Shown one piece after another: positions 47,655-58,100 of a DNA stretch of 64,000 nt. The notes beneath the pieces were generated by a model. That model saw nothing but the letters and a program-made list of their open reading frames with translations. It searched no databases and was not told the DNA's origin. The translations under genes were made by a program, and so were the position numbers. Source of the DNA: an uncultured Ruminococcus sp. (GTDB lineage: Bacteria > Bacillota > Clostridia > Oscillospirales > Acutalibacteraceae); contig CAZKUO010000001.1 in the NCBI GenBank assembly GCA_964555975.1, positions 36,825-100,824 of the forward strand. Reading direction: 5' to 3'. Numbering within the stretch: the stretch's first letter is position 1; every line of letters begins with the position of its first letter.

Positions 47655-48565
47655 CCGTTGTTTCGCAGGTTGCGGTTTTAATGCTGATGATTGCCGTGGG
47701 CTTTGTTGCGGCTAAAGTGGGCATTATGACCGAGGAGGGGGCTGCCTGTTGCACCGATATAGCCCTTATAATCGCAACGCCCTGCGTTATTGTAAAATCC
47801 TTTATAAGGGAATACAGCACCGAAATTATGCGCTCTATGCTGCTTGCCTTCGGACTGACGCTTTTGGTTCAGCTTGTTATGATAATTTTGGGACGCATTT
47901 TGCTTCGTGCCGAAAAGCCCGAGGAGCAGCGTGTTTTGCGCTTCGGTGCGGTTTTTGCAAATTGCGGGTTTATGTCACTCCCGCTTCAGCAGGTAATGTT
48001 AGGGGCCGAGGGCACGCTTTACGGCTCGGCCTATGTTGTAATGTTTAATCTCGTGCTCTGGAGCTACGGCGTTTATTCCATAAGCGGGGACAGAGGCCGC
48101 ATAAGCTTAAAAAAGCTGCTTTTAAATCCGGGGCTTGCCGGGCTTTGCGTGGGGGTAATAATATTTGTTTTTTCAATTCCCGTGCCGAGTGTTATCGCCT
48201 CCGCAATAGATTATATTGCGGCGCTTTACACACCGCTTCCCATGCTGATAATCGGCTACCGCTTAAGCAGGTCGAAGGTTTTAAAGGCCGTAAAGGATTT
48301 TCGCTGTATAGCGGCGGTGCTGCTCAGGCTTATTGCTTTCCCGCTGGTGTCGCTGGGGCTGCTGTATCTTTTGGGTGTGCGCGGCACACTGCTTGTTTCC
48401 GTAATAATATCGGTCAGTGCACCCGTGGCGGCAGTTACCACAATGTTTTCAACCAAGTTCGGCGGGGGCGATACGGAGCTTTCGGTAAATATGGTGTCAC
48501 TCAGCACCGTGCTTTCGGCCGTTACCATGCCGGCGATTGTTTATTTGGCGAGTATAGTGGCGTAG
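47645..48565 (+). CDS. AEC (auxin efflux carrier) family transporter
   Basis: 306 aa with about 10 TM helices and the ANCGFMSLPL motif. Confidence 0.8.
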   Translation: MLVTVVSQVAVLMLMIAVGFVAAKVGIMTEEGAACCTDIALIIATPCVIVKSFIREYSTEIMRSMLLAFGLTLLVQLVMIILGRILLRAEKPEEQRVLRFGAVFANCGFMSLPLQQVMLGAEGTLYGSAYVVMFNLVLWSYGVYSISGDRGRISLKKLLLNPGLAGLCVGVIIFVFSIPVPSVIASAIDYIAALYTPLPMLIIGYRLSRSKVLKAVKDFRCIAAVLLRLIAFPLVSLGLLYLLGVRGTLLVSVIISVSAPVAAVTTMFSTKFGGGDTELSVNMVSLSTVLSAVTMPAIVYLASIVA

Positions 48566-48673
48566 GCAATAACGGCACGATTATTAACAGTTTGTTTAAT
48601 ATTTTTGTAAATTTGTTTGGTATGATATGCTTGATATGGTTCTACCAACGTAATTGTAAATGGAGGAGTACAA

Positions 48674-49741
48674 ATGATAGAAGTAACCGGACTCAGTAAA
48701 AGATACGGTACTCACCTTGCTGTGCGGGATGTCAGCTTTAGCATTAAAAAGGGCGAGGTTATAGGCTTTTTGGGTCCCAACGGTGCGGGAAAATCCACAA
48801 TAATGAATATTCTCACAGGCTACCTTTCGCTGACTCAGGGCAAGGCGGTAATTGATGGGTACGATATTGCGGAATACCCGGAGGATGCAAAGCGCAGAAT
48901 AGGCTATTTGCCCGAAATACCGCCGCTTTACCCCGATATGAAGGTGAGGGAATACCTTAATTTTATTTATGACCTTAAAAAGGTTAAATTCCCGAAGAAG
49001 CCGCATATTGACGAAATTTTGAGGCTTGTTAAAATCGATAATGTTCAAAACAGGCTTATTAAAAACCTTTCAAAGGGCTACAGGCAGCGTGTGGGCTTTG
49101 CACAGGCACTTATCGGCAACCCGGATGTGCTCATTCTCGATGAGCCTACCGTTGGCCTTGACCCCAAGCAGATAATCGAAATAAGAAATCTTATTTCAAG
49201 GCTCGGCAGAAATCACACAATAATTCTTTCCTCCCACATTCTGTCGGAAATACAGGCGGTTTGTAAGCGCGTTATAATTATAAACAAGGGCCAGATTATT
49301 GCGGATGACACACCCGATAATCTTTCCGACAAGCTTTCAAGCGATAGGTCGCTGGTGGCGCGAATAGTCTGCGGTGAGCAGGAAATGATCGATGCTTTAA
49401 GCACCGTTAAGGGTGTGAAATCGGTCACCTCACTCGGACGTCTTGAGGACGGCGCCTTTGACTTCCTTATTGAGCCGATTGACGGCGCCGATATTCGCGC
49501 GGAGGTTTTCAAAAGAATAGCCTCCCGCGGGAAAACACTTCTTTCCTTTACAAGCAACAAGCTTTCGCTTGAGCAGATTTTCCTGCGCCTTACCGAGGCC
49601 TCGGATAACGGCGAAATTAAAAGAATGCTCGGCATAACCGAGGCGGAGGAGCAGTGTGAGGAAGCACCCGAGCTTGAAATTAATGCTGACGGTGAGATTA
49701 CGGTTAAATCCGAGGAATCGGAAAAGGAGGAGGCAGAGTAA
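48674..49741 (+). CDS. ABC transporter ATP-binding protein (GldA-like)
   Basis: Walker A GPNGAGKST, signature LSKGYRQR, Walker B LILDEP and an acidic C-terminal tail. Confidence 0.9.
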   Translation: MIEVTGLSKRYGTHLAVRDVSFSIKKGEVIGFLGPNGAGKSTIMNILTGYLSLTQGKAVIDGYDIAEYPEDAKRRIGYLPEIPPLYPDMKVREYLNFIYDLKKVKFPKKPHIDEILRLVKIDNVQNRLIKNLSKGYRQRVGFAQALIGNPDVLILDEPTVGLDPKQIIEIRNLISRLGRNHTIILSSHILSEIQAVCKRVIIINKGQIIADDTPDNLSDKLSSDRSLVARIVCGEQEMIDALSTVKGVKSVTSLGRLEDGAFDFLIEPIDGADIRAEVFKRIASRGKTLLSFTSNKLSLEQIFLRLTEASDNGEIKRMLGITEAEEQCEEAPELEINADGEITVKSEESEKEEAE

Positions 49742-50442
49742 TGAGTGCGGTATTTAAAAGAGAGCTTCGCTCATATTTCACAACGCCGATAGGCTTTATA
49801 GTAATTGCGGCGTTTTATTTCTTTCTGGGTCTTTATTTTTCATTGATATACAGCTACGGCAGCCCTGAGGTTTCAACGGTGATTATGGCAATGTCAACCG
49901 TTATTGTGTTTACAATGCCGGTGCTTACCATGCGCCTTATGAGTGAGGACAGGCGTCAAAAGGTGGATCAGGCCCTGCTTACGGCCCCTGTAAGCCTTAC
50001 CTCAATTGTGCTTGGCAAATTTTTTGCGGCACTTGCGGTTTTCGCAATCGGTTTTGCACCCACGGTTATTTTTGAAATAATTGTAGCCTGCTATGTAAAC
50101 GTAAACGTTATGTCGTATATTTATGCGCTTTTCGGAATGCTGTTGCTCGGCAGTGCCCTTATTGCAATAGGTATGTTTATATCCTCCCTTACGGAAAGCT
50201 CGGTTATTTCGGCAATACTTACGCTGGTAATTAACATACTTGTGCTTTATATGTCAAGCTTTGTGAGTATGATAAACGTAAGCTGGCTTGCAACTGTTGT
50301 TGAAAAGGCGGCCTTTATTTCCGCATTTGAAAATTTCGGTGAGAATATACTTTCCGTAAGTGATATAGTTTATTTTCTCAGTATAAGTGCGGCGTTCCTT
50401 TTCCTGTGCGTTCGCGCACTCGATAAGAGAAGATGGTCTTAA
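49741..50442 (+). CDS. ABC-2 type permease (GldF-like)
   Basis: 233 aa with 6 TM helices. The start codon overlaps the ATPase stop. Confidence 0.8.
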   Translation: MSAVFKRELRSYFTTPIGFIVIAAFYFFLGLYFSLIYSYGSPEVSTVIMAMSTVIVFTMPVLTMRLMSEDRRQKVDQALLTAPVSLTSIVLGKFFAALAVFAIGFAPTVIFEIIVACYVNVNVMSYIYALFGMLLLGSALIAIGMFISSLTESSVISAILTLVINILVLYMSSFVSMINVSWLATVVEKAAFISAFENFGENILSVSDIVYFLSISAAFLFLCVRALDKRRWS

Positions 50443-50458
50443 AGGAGGGCGAGTGAAA

Positions 50459-52153
50459 ATGGAAGAAAACAAGAACCTTAACACGGAGGAGCAGGAGACC
50501 GTAAGCGAAACAAACGCGACTGCTGCCGAGGCGGCCGATGTTGAAAAGGTTGCCGATAAAAAAGAGAAACGTGCCAAAAGGGAAAAGAAGCCCAAAAAGC
50601 CTAAAATGCTTAAAAATCAGGCGCTTTTGCGCCGCGGCGGATATTCGGTTGCAATAACCGCGGCCGTGCTTGCGGGTCTTATAGTGCTTAATGTTTTGGT
50701 AAGTGCCCTTTCAAAGCGCTTTGTGCTTGAATTTGATATGAGCACCGACAAGATTAATTCAATGAGCGAGGAAAACATTGATTATTTGCGCAACCTCGAT
50801 GCCGAGGTTACGGTCACGGTATGTGCCGAAAAGGAGGGCTATACCGACGGCTATATGAACTATTATGCGCAAAATCTTTACGGCGTGAGCTCCGATGCCA
50901 CCGAATATTTTGAGCAAACCCTTAAGCTGCTTGATAAATATCCCGCCTACAGCGATAAAATTACACTTAATTATGTTGACACTCAGGGCACCGAATTTAC
51001 TGAAATTTCCTCTAAGTATTCAAGCGAAAAGCTTTATTACGGTGATATAATCGTTTCGCACACCGCCGAGAACGGCAACGAGCGCTACAAGGTGCTCGGC
51101 TTTAAGGATATTTACAGCCTTTATGAGGACACAACCTATGCCTCCTACGGCTACACCACCTCAACCGTTAACGGAAACAAGGTGGAAACCGCGGTGACAG
51201 GCGCAATAGCCTATGTTACAAGCAGCAAAACAAAGAAAATAGCCTTTTTAACCGGTCACTCAAGGTCGGATTACAACGAGGATTACAAAAAGCTTTTGAC
51301 CGAGAACAATTATGAAATTACCGAAATTTCCGACAGCCTTGTAGGCAGCATTTCAAATGAATTTGATGCGGTTGTTATTGCCGCTCCCACGGTAGATTTT
51401 ATCGACAGTGAGCTTGATTGCCTTTCGGAATTTTTGGATAACGACGGAAAGCTCGGCAAGGGTCTGCTCTTTTTCGCGGATGCTTCGGCACCTTACCTTA
51501 CGGGACTTTACGATTTCCTCAGTCAATGGGGAATTTCGGTTGAGGAAGGTATACTTTACGAAACCAATGAAAGCAACCATATGGCCGATGACCCCATGAC
51601 AATGGGCATTTACCCGACAAGTGAGAGTGAGGAGCTTACAAGCGGAATGCAGCTTTGCATTACGGGCTACAATGTTCCTATGACAACCCTTTTTGAAACC
51701 GAGGGTGGAATTACGGTGACCTCACTTATGAGCTCGCTTGATTCGGTGGTTGCCGCCCCAGTGGGCACCTCTGCCGGTTGGACGGGTGCCGGAGATCACA
51801 CAAAGCAAAGCTATCAATCGGTTATACAGGCGGATTGCTCCGAATACAACGATGATAACGAGCTTATTTCAAGCTATGTTTTTGCTTTCGGCACAACCGA
51901 GTATCTGCAATCGGCCTATAATGAGTATAGCTCCGTTTCAAATAAGGATATTACACTTGCCTGCACAGAGCGTGCCGTCGGTGCGGAGGACACGGGAATT
52001 TCCTTTGTTTCCAAAACCATAACCGATGAAAGCTTTGCCGATTCCGTAAGTCAGTCGGGCACAAGGGTAATAAGAATTGTATTTATGGCTATACTCCCAA
52101 TAGCCTGCATAGCAGCCGGAATTTACATCTTTATCAGGAGAAGAAATGCGTGA
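50459..52153 (+). CDS. GldG-like ABC-transporter auxiliary protein
   Basis: Lys/Glu-rich N-terminus, TM helix, large extracytoplasmic domain and a C-terminal TM helix. The ATG at 50459 behind AAAGGAGGG is preferred over 50387. Confidence 0.7.
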   Translation: MEENKNLNTEEQETVSETNATAAEAADVEKVADKKEKRAKREKKPKKPKMLKNQALLRRGGYSVAITAAVLAGLIVLNVLVSALSKRFVLEFDMSTDKINSMSEENIDYLRNLDAEVTVTVCAEKEGYTDGYMNYYAQNLYGVSSDATEYFEQTLKLLDKYPAYSDKITLNYVDTQGTEFTEISSKYSSEKLYYGDIIVSHTAENGNERYKVLGFKDIYSLYEDTTYASYGYTTSTVNGNKVETAVTGAIAYVTSSKTKKIAFLTGHSRSDYNEDYKKLLTENNYEITEISDSLVGSISNEFDAVVIAAPTVDFIDSELDCLSEFLDNDGKLGKGLLFFADASAPYLTGLYDFLSQWGISVEEGILYETNESNHMADDPMTMGIYPTSESEELTSGMQLCITGYNVPMTTLFETEGGITVTSLMSSLDSVVAAPVGTSAGWTGAGDHTKQSYQSVIQADCSEYNDDNELISSYVFAFGTTEYLQSAYNEYSSVSNKDITLACTERAVGAEDTGISFVSKTITDESFADSVSQSGTRVIRIVFMAILPIACIAAGIYIFIRRRNA

Positions 52154-53763
52154 TGAATGACCTCCCCGAAAAGGATAATATGGAAAAAGATAATATTTTG
52201 AACGAGGTCGAGAATGTTGAGGAGGACGGTGCTTCCACCGTCTTTTCCGACCCAGTTCGGCATAATGAAGCACAGCCGGTGCGCGGCAAAAAAAAGCTGT
52301 TGCCCGCAGTAATAGCGGCCGCTATTGCGGTTTGCCTGCTTGTGGGCGGCACGGTTGCGGTAATTAAGCTTGTTCCCGAGCGAGAGGACACAAGCTCAAC
52401 CCCCTCACTTGATGCAATTACCGTGCTTGATTTGGAAACGGATGAGCTTGCCTCCGTTACCGTGACAAACGCGAGCGGAACCTTTAAGCTTTACTCCGAG
52501 GAGGTAAGCTCTGAGGAAAAGGATGAGGATACCTCAAGCTCGGATACGAAAATCGAGTGGTATCTTGACGGGTACGATAAGGAAGTTATAAGCTCCTCAT
52601 CGGCTTCGGGTATTGTAAGCAGTGCGGCCTCCGTTACCGCTTCAAGAGAGGTTACCGCCAAAACAGCCGCCGAATGTGGGCTTGAAAGCCCCGCAATCAG
52701 GGTGGATTATGTGAAGAAGGACGGAACCGAGCTTTCGTTGCTTATCGGTAACACATCACCCGACAGCACGGGAACTTATATTAAGCTTTCAACCGATGAT
52801 AAAATTTACATTAATGATGCTTCGGTAGATTCATCCCTTGAATTTGATGCGCTGAGCCTTGCCGCGACCGATGCTTTGGCGGGTGTTACGGTTACGGATG
52901 CCATGTCGGATTATACCGATGATAACGGTGCGCTTGCCTCGTTTGATACCATAACACTAAGCGGTGCCAAATTCCCCGAAAAGCTGATTTTGGCTCCCAA
53001 TACCGATGAAAATCTTTCGGATTACGCAGCCTATATAACCCTTGCACCCACAAAGCGCATTGCCGATAAGGTGGACGGTATTTTTGAATTTTTCAAGAGC
53101 GGCACTACGGTAAGCGGTGCGTACTCGTTTGATACCTCGGCCGCAGAGCGCAAAAGGCTCGGGCTTGACAGCCCCGACCTTATTGCCGAAATTAAAATCG
53201 GCGGCCTTACACAAAGCTACAGCTTTAAGCAGCAGGCGGACGGCGATTACGCCGTGTGGTATGACGGCTGCAAGCTTATCAAAAAGCTTTCGGCCTCGGG
53301 GATTGAATTTATCAATTACACGGTAAACGATTATTATTCATCCTGGGTGTGCCTGCAATCAATAAACGAGCTTTCGGGCTTTACACTGAAAACGGCCGAC
53401 AAAACCTACAGCTTCGGTATAGTTTATGATGACAGCGAGGATGCCGAGGAAACCTACGTTATAACCTATAACGGCAATAAGCTCACTGCTGAGAATTTCC
53501 AAAGCTTTTATCAGGAGTGCATTTCGCTTTCCTGCACCGATTATACCGTTGACGAGGCAAATAACGGCGCGGTTGAGGTAACAATGGTGTTTACCTATTC
53601 CGATACCTCACGTGAGAACACTGTGGTTGAATTTGTAAAATCGGGTGCCGCTAAGTATCAGTACAGCATAAACGGCATTAAAATGGGTAAAATCAATTCC
53701 TCCGCACTTAACAAAGTGGTAAAGTATGCGGAAAAGGTTGCAAATAACGAAAGTGTAAAATAG
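52150..53763 (+). CDS. DUF4340-like membrane-anchored protein (usual partner of GldG-like genes)
   Basis: 537 aa with one N-terminal TM helix. ATGA overlap with the upstream gene. Family assignment is from architecture and context only. Confidence 0.55.
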   Translation: MMNDLPEKDNMEKDNILNEVENVEEDGASTVFSDPVRHNEAQPVRGKKKLLPAVIAAAIAVCLLVGGTVAVIKLVPEREDTSSTPSLDAITVLDLETDELASVTVTNASGTFKLYSEEVSSEEKDEDTSSSDTKIEWYLDGYDKEVISSSSASGIVSSAASVTASREVTAKTAAECGLESPAIRVDYVKKDGTELSLLIGNTSPDSTGTYIKLSTDDKIYINDASVDSSLEFDALSLAATDALAGVTVTDAMSDYTDDNGALASFDTITLSGAKFPEKLILAPNTDENLSDYAAYITLAPTKRIADKVDGIFEFFKSGTTVSGAYSFDTSAAERKRLGLDSPDLIAEIKIGGLTQSYSFKQQADGDYAVWYDGCKLIKKLSASGIEFINYTVNDYYSSWVCLQSINELSGFTLKTADKTYSFGIVYDDSEDAEETYVITYNGNKLTAENFQSFYQECISLSCTDYTVDEANNGAVEVTMVFTYSDTSRENTVVEFVKSGAAKYQYSINGIKMGKINSSALNKVVKYAEKVANNESVK

Positions 53764-53813
53764 CTTTCTCGTCGGTATCCGTTTGCACGCACAGAAATAT
53801 AATTTATTTAACC

Positions 53814-53853
53814 TTACGGGGGTCGTTTCATAAAAATGAAACGACCCCCGTAA
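53814..53853 (+). terminator. strong hairpin terminator after the ABC/GldG/DUF4340 operon
   Basis: TTACGGGGGTCGTTTCAT-AAAA-ATGAAACGACCCCCGTAA: a perfect 18-bp stem. Confidence 0.8.
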
Positions 53854-53903
53854 ATTATATCAGGTTTTTTGATTGGAATACATAAATACTCATCAATTAG
53901 GTC

Positions 53904-53933
53904 TTGACAAAATAATGCGGGGGGGGGTATACT
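53904..53933 (+). promoter_or_regulatory. near-consensus sigma-70 promoter with a G9 tract in the spacer
   Basis: TTGACA (53904-09), 18-nt spacer AAATAATGC+GGGGGGGGG, TATACT (53928-33), 50 nt upstream of the ATG at 53983. Confidence 0.7.
53919..53927. repeat. homopolymeric G9 tract
   Basis: Nine consecutive G directly abutting the -10 hexamer. Confidence 0.95.
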
Positions 53934-53982
53934 ATTTAAGTATATTATTTTAGAAATTTTGCCATGAAAAGAGGTTGATGTA

Positions 53983-55131
53983 ATGCGGAAAATCGGTCGC
54001 GGAGCATTTTGCTTATTTGCGGCTTTTATTATCTTTCTTTCATCTGCCGAAAGACTTGGAGCGGAAAGCAATGATGTTTCATTTACGGCCGACAGCAAAA
54101 GCTTTGCCGTGCTTGATGAGTATGCGCGAATTTGGACTGAATTAAAAAAGCCCGTGGGCGCAGAGGTTACCACCGCCGGAATTTACCTGTGGCGAAGTGA
54201 CAGAGACCGACCCGAAAGCCCCACTTATACCGAGTATTTTTCAAAATACGATAACTATGCTTCGGTTTCCTCTTTGCCTATAAATTATCGTGTGGGTCAG
54301 CATGAAGAAGTGAAATTCAAGCTTTTGCCGAATACCGAGTATTATTGCTTGGTTTTTTGTGTGGTGGACGGAATTTATTATGAAACGGGAGAAATTAAAT
54401 TTCAAACAGAAGCAGAAATGAAGCCGTTTGATTTTGAAAAAACAGGCGATTATGCAAACGACCTTGTCCTTGCGGCACTTTCTCAAAATGGTTATTGTGA
54501 GCTATCTGCTTCAAATGGACTGCCCCTGGAAGACGGAAATGGGCTTTGGTACACTAAATACGGGGCGGCATACGGTAATTCATCGGGCGCATGGTGTGCA
54601 TTTTTTGTGTTGCGCTGTGCTAAAGCTGCGGGAGTACCCACTGATATTATTCCTCAACAATCAGCACTCGGGAATTGCGGAGTGTTTGTTGAAAAGCTGA
54701 AGAATGCGGGACGTTGGCGTGAACCGGATTTCACCCCACGCCGCGGAGATTTGATTTTCTTCGATTGGGGTGATGACGGTAACGCAAGTCATGTGGGAAT
54801 AGTAATGTCAGCAGATGAAAATGTAATTTACACGGTTGAGGGCAATGTTTGTGCGGACGAAAACGGAGATTTATCGGAAAAAGGGAGGTATCAGGTTACT
54901 ACCGCTGAACGGAGCGAGCATATATTAGGCTATGGTGCAGTATCTGAAGCTCTTTTCGGTGATGTTGACGGTGACGGAGCAGTCAATTTTAATGATGTTA
55001 AATCAATTTTAAAATTTGATGTAACGGGAGAGGGAATAGCTGCTGTTACCACGGCTGATTTGAACGGCGACGGAAAAATCGATGCCGCCGATGCGGGTAT
55101 CTTATACAGAAAACTTAACAGGGGAGAATGA
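53983..55131 (+). CDS. secreted CHAP-domain peptidoglycan hydrolase with C-terminal dockerin
   Basis: Signal peptide. CHAP catalytic pattern: GAWCAFF (Cys codon 54595-97), ASHVGIV (His codon 54790-92), YTVEGN. Dockerin duplicated Ca-loops DVDGDGAVNFND and DLNGDGKIDAAD (about 54955-55116). Confidence 0.8.
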   Translation: MRKIGRGAFCLFAAFIIFLSSAERLGAESNDVSFTADSKSFAVLDEYARIWTELKKPVGAEVTTAGIYLWRSDRDRPESPTYTEYFSKYDNYASVSSLPINYRVGQHEEVKFKLLPNTEYYCLVFCVVDGIYYETGEIKFQTEAEMKPFDFEKTGDYANDLVLAALSQNGYCELSASNGLPLEDGNGLWYTKYGAAYGNSSGAWCAFFVLRCAKAAGVPTDIIPQQSALGNCGVFVEKLKNAGRWREPDFTPRRGDLIFFDWGDDGNASHVGIVMSADENVIYTVEGNVCADENGDLSEKGRYQVTTAERSEHILGYGAVSEALFGDVDGDGAVNFNDVKSILKFDVTGEGIAAVTTADLNGDGKIDAADAGILYRKLNRGE

Positions 55132-58100
55132 ATATGAGAAAAATCAAAAAATTTTGTGCTGCTTTTTTAGTAATGATTTTGACCGTTTTAAGCTTTTCGG
55201 CTGCATTTACGGTCAGTGCGGCAAACTTAACGGAAGAAGAATTTGCCGCTAAAATAGCGCAGTTGAAAACAGAGTATCCTGACGGAAAGTATTGGTCGGA
55301 TAAAAACGGTACTGTTAAAAGCGGCAAATACAAAGGAACATCTTTGGTTGGAAATAAGAAATGCAGCAAATCGTATGGTTGGTGTTCATACTGTGGAACA
55401 TTTGCTCTTAACGGTACATATCTGGCATGGCAGTGTCACGGATATTCACTCTTATTAGCTCACAAAATATTTGGTAGTAATGCAAACGATTGGCCTAAAG
55501 CAAGCGATAAAAAATTATACGCCGGCGATGTGGTGAGAATAGATCTTGACGGTGACGGCATCAATGATGACTACGATCACACTATATTTGTCTACAAAGT
55601 TACATCATCAAATGTGTATTATACAGATTGTAATGGCAGTGATCCGTGCCAAATCAGATGGACAAGTGAATCTTACACAAAACTTAAGAAAAAAATACTT
55701 TATATAAGGCGATATAAAGGAAATACATTGACGGGAACAGGCTCTTCCTCCTCATCTTCCTCATCAACAGACAATACTGTCCATAAAACAACCGAAACAT
55801 TGGTATATAACGGAATTTATACGGTTAAGAACGCATCATCAGGCAAGATGCTGAATGTTTATGCAGGTGTAAATTCAGACGGTACAAAGCTTACAACTTG
55901 GGATAGGGACGGAACTACCGATCAAAAATTTTATGTAAAGCACAACGGTGGGGGAAAATATCGGCTTTATGCTGTAACCTCTAAAAGCGGAAGCAACTAT
56001 GAAAGAGCGGTAGACATTAACATAGGCAGTGACGGAGCTTTGGGAACAGGTGACGATTACGGTGATATATGGTCCTGTTCTTCCTGGGATGATTGCCAGC
56101 AATTTTATTTGGTGCCGCAAAGTGACGGCAGCATTGTTTTGGAGCTTGCCTCAATGTCGGGAATGGTTCTTGCAAGCAAAAATGCAACCGAGGCAAATAA
56201 AAACGGCGGAGCAATAACCCTTTCAAGCTATAACGGAGCAAACACGCAAAAATGGTTTTTCTGCAGCGAGGACGGCACAGAGGTTTTAAATCCGACTGCA
56301 CGCTACAGCTTTTCCTATGACGGTAACGGTGCGGAAAGCGGCAACGGGGAAGCATTTACAATATATCCCGGTGAAAGCTTAACCGTAATAGCAAATCCAT
56401 TCACTCGTAGCGGGTACAGCTTTGCGGGGTGGAATGTTAACAGAAAATCCGATAATACCTGGTATGTTGCGGGAAAGGGTTGGAAAACAGAAACAGAAAT
56501 TGCCGAAAACGGATATACAAAGAAAACCTATACTCCCGGCTTGTCATACACTATTGACGCAACATGGACAAACGGAAGCAACTCGACAGAAAGCTTTGCG
56601 TTCAATGCTGTGTGGAGTAAAAATGTAAGCAGGCTTGTGTTTGATGCAGAAGGCTTTGAAACAATTTCGGTCAACACCGGTGACAGTGTCACAATACCCG
56701 ATTTTATTCCCGAAAAGGAGGGTCACAGCTTTTTGGGCTGGGCAACATATGAGGCTGCCGAGGAAGCAAGCTTGCTCCCGGGAGAGAGCTTTACACTTGA
56801 TGGTGATTTGACACTTTACCCTGTGTGGTACGATGATACAATAGTAAATATTTATTTAAAGACTAAGCCGTCCAAGCAGATATATGCGGTGGGTGACAAT
56901 GTCGACACAGCGCAGGTATCGCTTTATGTGGAGAAAAACGATGGCAGTGTTGAAACTGTGACAAGCGGATTTAAGTGTGATAAAACAAGAATTACCGCGC
57001 TTGGTAAAAACACCGTTAATGTAAGCTATAAAATGCGTTCTGTTGCATTTACGGTGACTGCGGTAAGCTGTCCGGGATATACTTCCGCAAAGGCAACCGC
57101 CAAAAAGCTCACCTACCTTTTACCGAGTACATCCTCAAAAACAACCATGGGGCTTTCTGTTGACGAGGTTTATAAGGATGATGTGTGTAAAATAATCTGC
57201 AAGGATGGGGATTTTTACCTCATAGAATATCCTTATGTTAAGTGGAATGTTTTTTCTTATGTGAGTACGGCGGCATTTTCAAATGTCAGCGGAGTACCGG
57301 ATGCTTCGGAGGTATATTCAAATATTTCGGCAGTGACGAACAAATCAACACCGGTATATCACCGCCCGTCAACCGATAAAATGATAAGCAGCAACGGCAA
57401 CGGAGACTTAACACTTATTGATACCTTGTCTAAAGGAAGAACGGTAACGGTTTTATTCGAATATAACGGGTATTATTATATTCGCACATCATCTTATACC
57501 GGCTTTGTTGCTAAAAGCGCTTTGACATTTGAGGATGATGCGGAAAGTGTAATGCTTGAAACCGCCGGGAAATCCGAATTTGATTTGGGTGAAAGCTTCA
57601 GTTTGGGCGCTACTGTTCTTTCGGCAAAATATACCAACGGAAAAACAGAAAGCGTTTCTTCGGGATTTAAACTTTCGGCACCTGAAATCGATGGTGAAGG
57701 TAACTATAATGTTTTTGTGGGTATTGATGATGTTTATACCTATTATAGCATACGAGTTGCCGAAAAAGAAATTGAAAGCATAGCAATTAACACCTATCCT
57801 TCGGCTAAACACTACATCAATGAGCCGATTAATTTGCAAGGCATGACTATAAAAGCTATTTATACCGACGGTACAGAAAAGATTATCGATTACGGATTTG
57901 AAGTAATCGGTAGCATTACGCGCATTGGAAAAAATACGATTTCCTGTAAATATAAAAATCATACCGCATCCCTTGATTTGGAAGGTTGCGAGCGTACACA
58001 TATTGATTTTTCAACCGCATCAGGTAGAATCAATTCGGAAATTTCCGTAAGTGTATCACTTGTTCCGTCTGAAGCAGTTTATGACGGCAGTATATTGATA

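Noticed and set aside
53814-54173. 119-aa minus-strand ORF across the poly-G promoter region.
   Set aside because: It overlaps the terminator hairpin, the promoter and the 5' end of the CHAP-dockerin gene in antisense. It has no RBS and a low-complexity translation.
55737-55766. The poly-serine coding stretch (SSSSSSSSS) as a slippage-prone repeat.
   Set aside because: The codons are a mix of TCT, TCC and TCA, so there is no perfect nucleotide repeat. It is most simply an interdomain linker.
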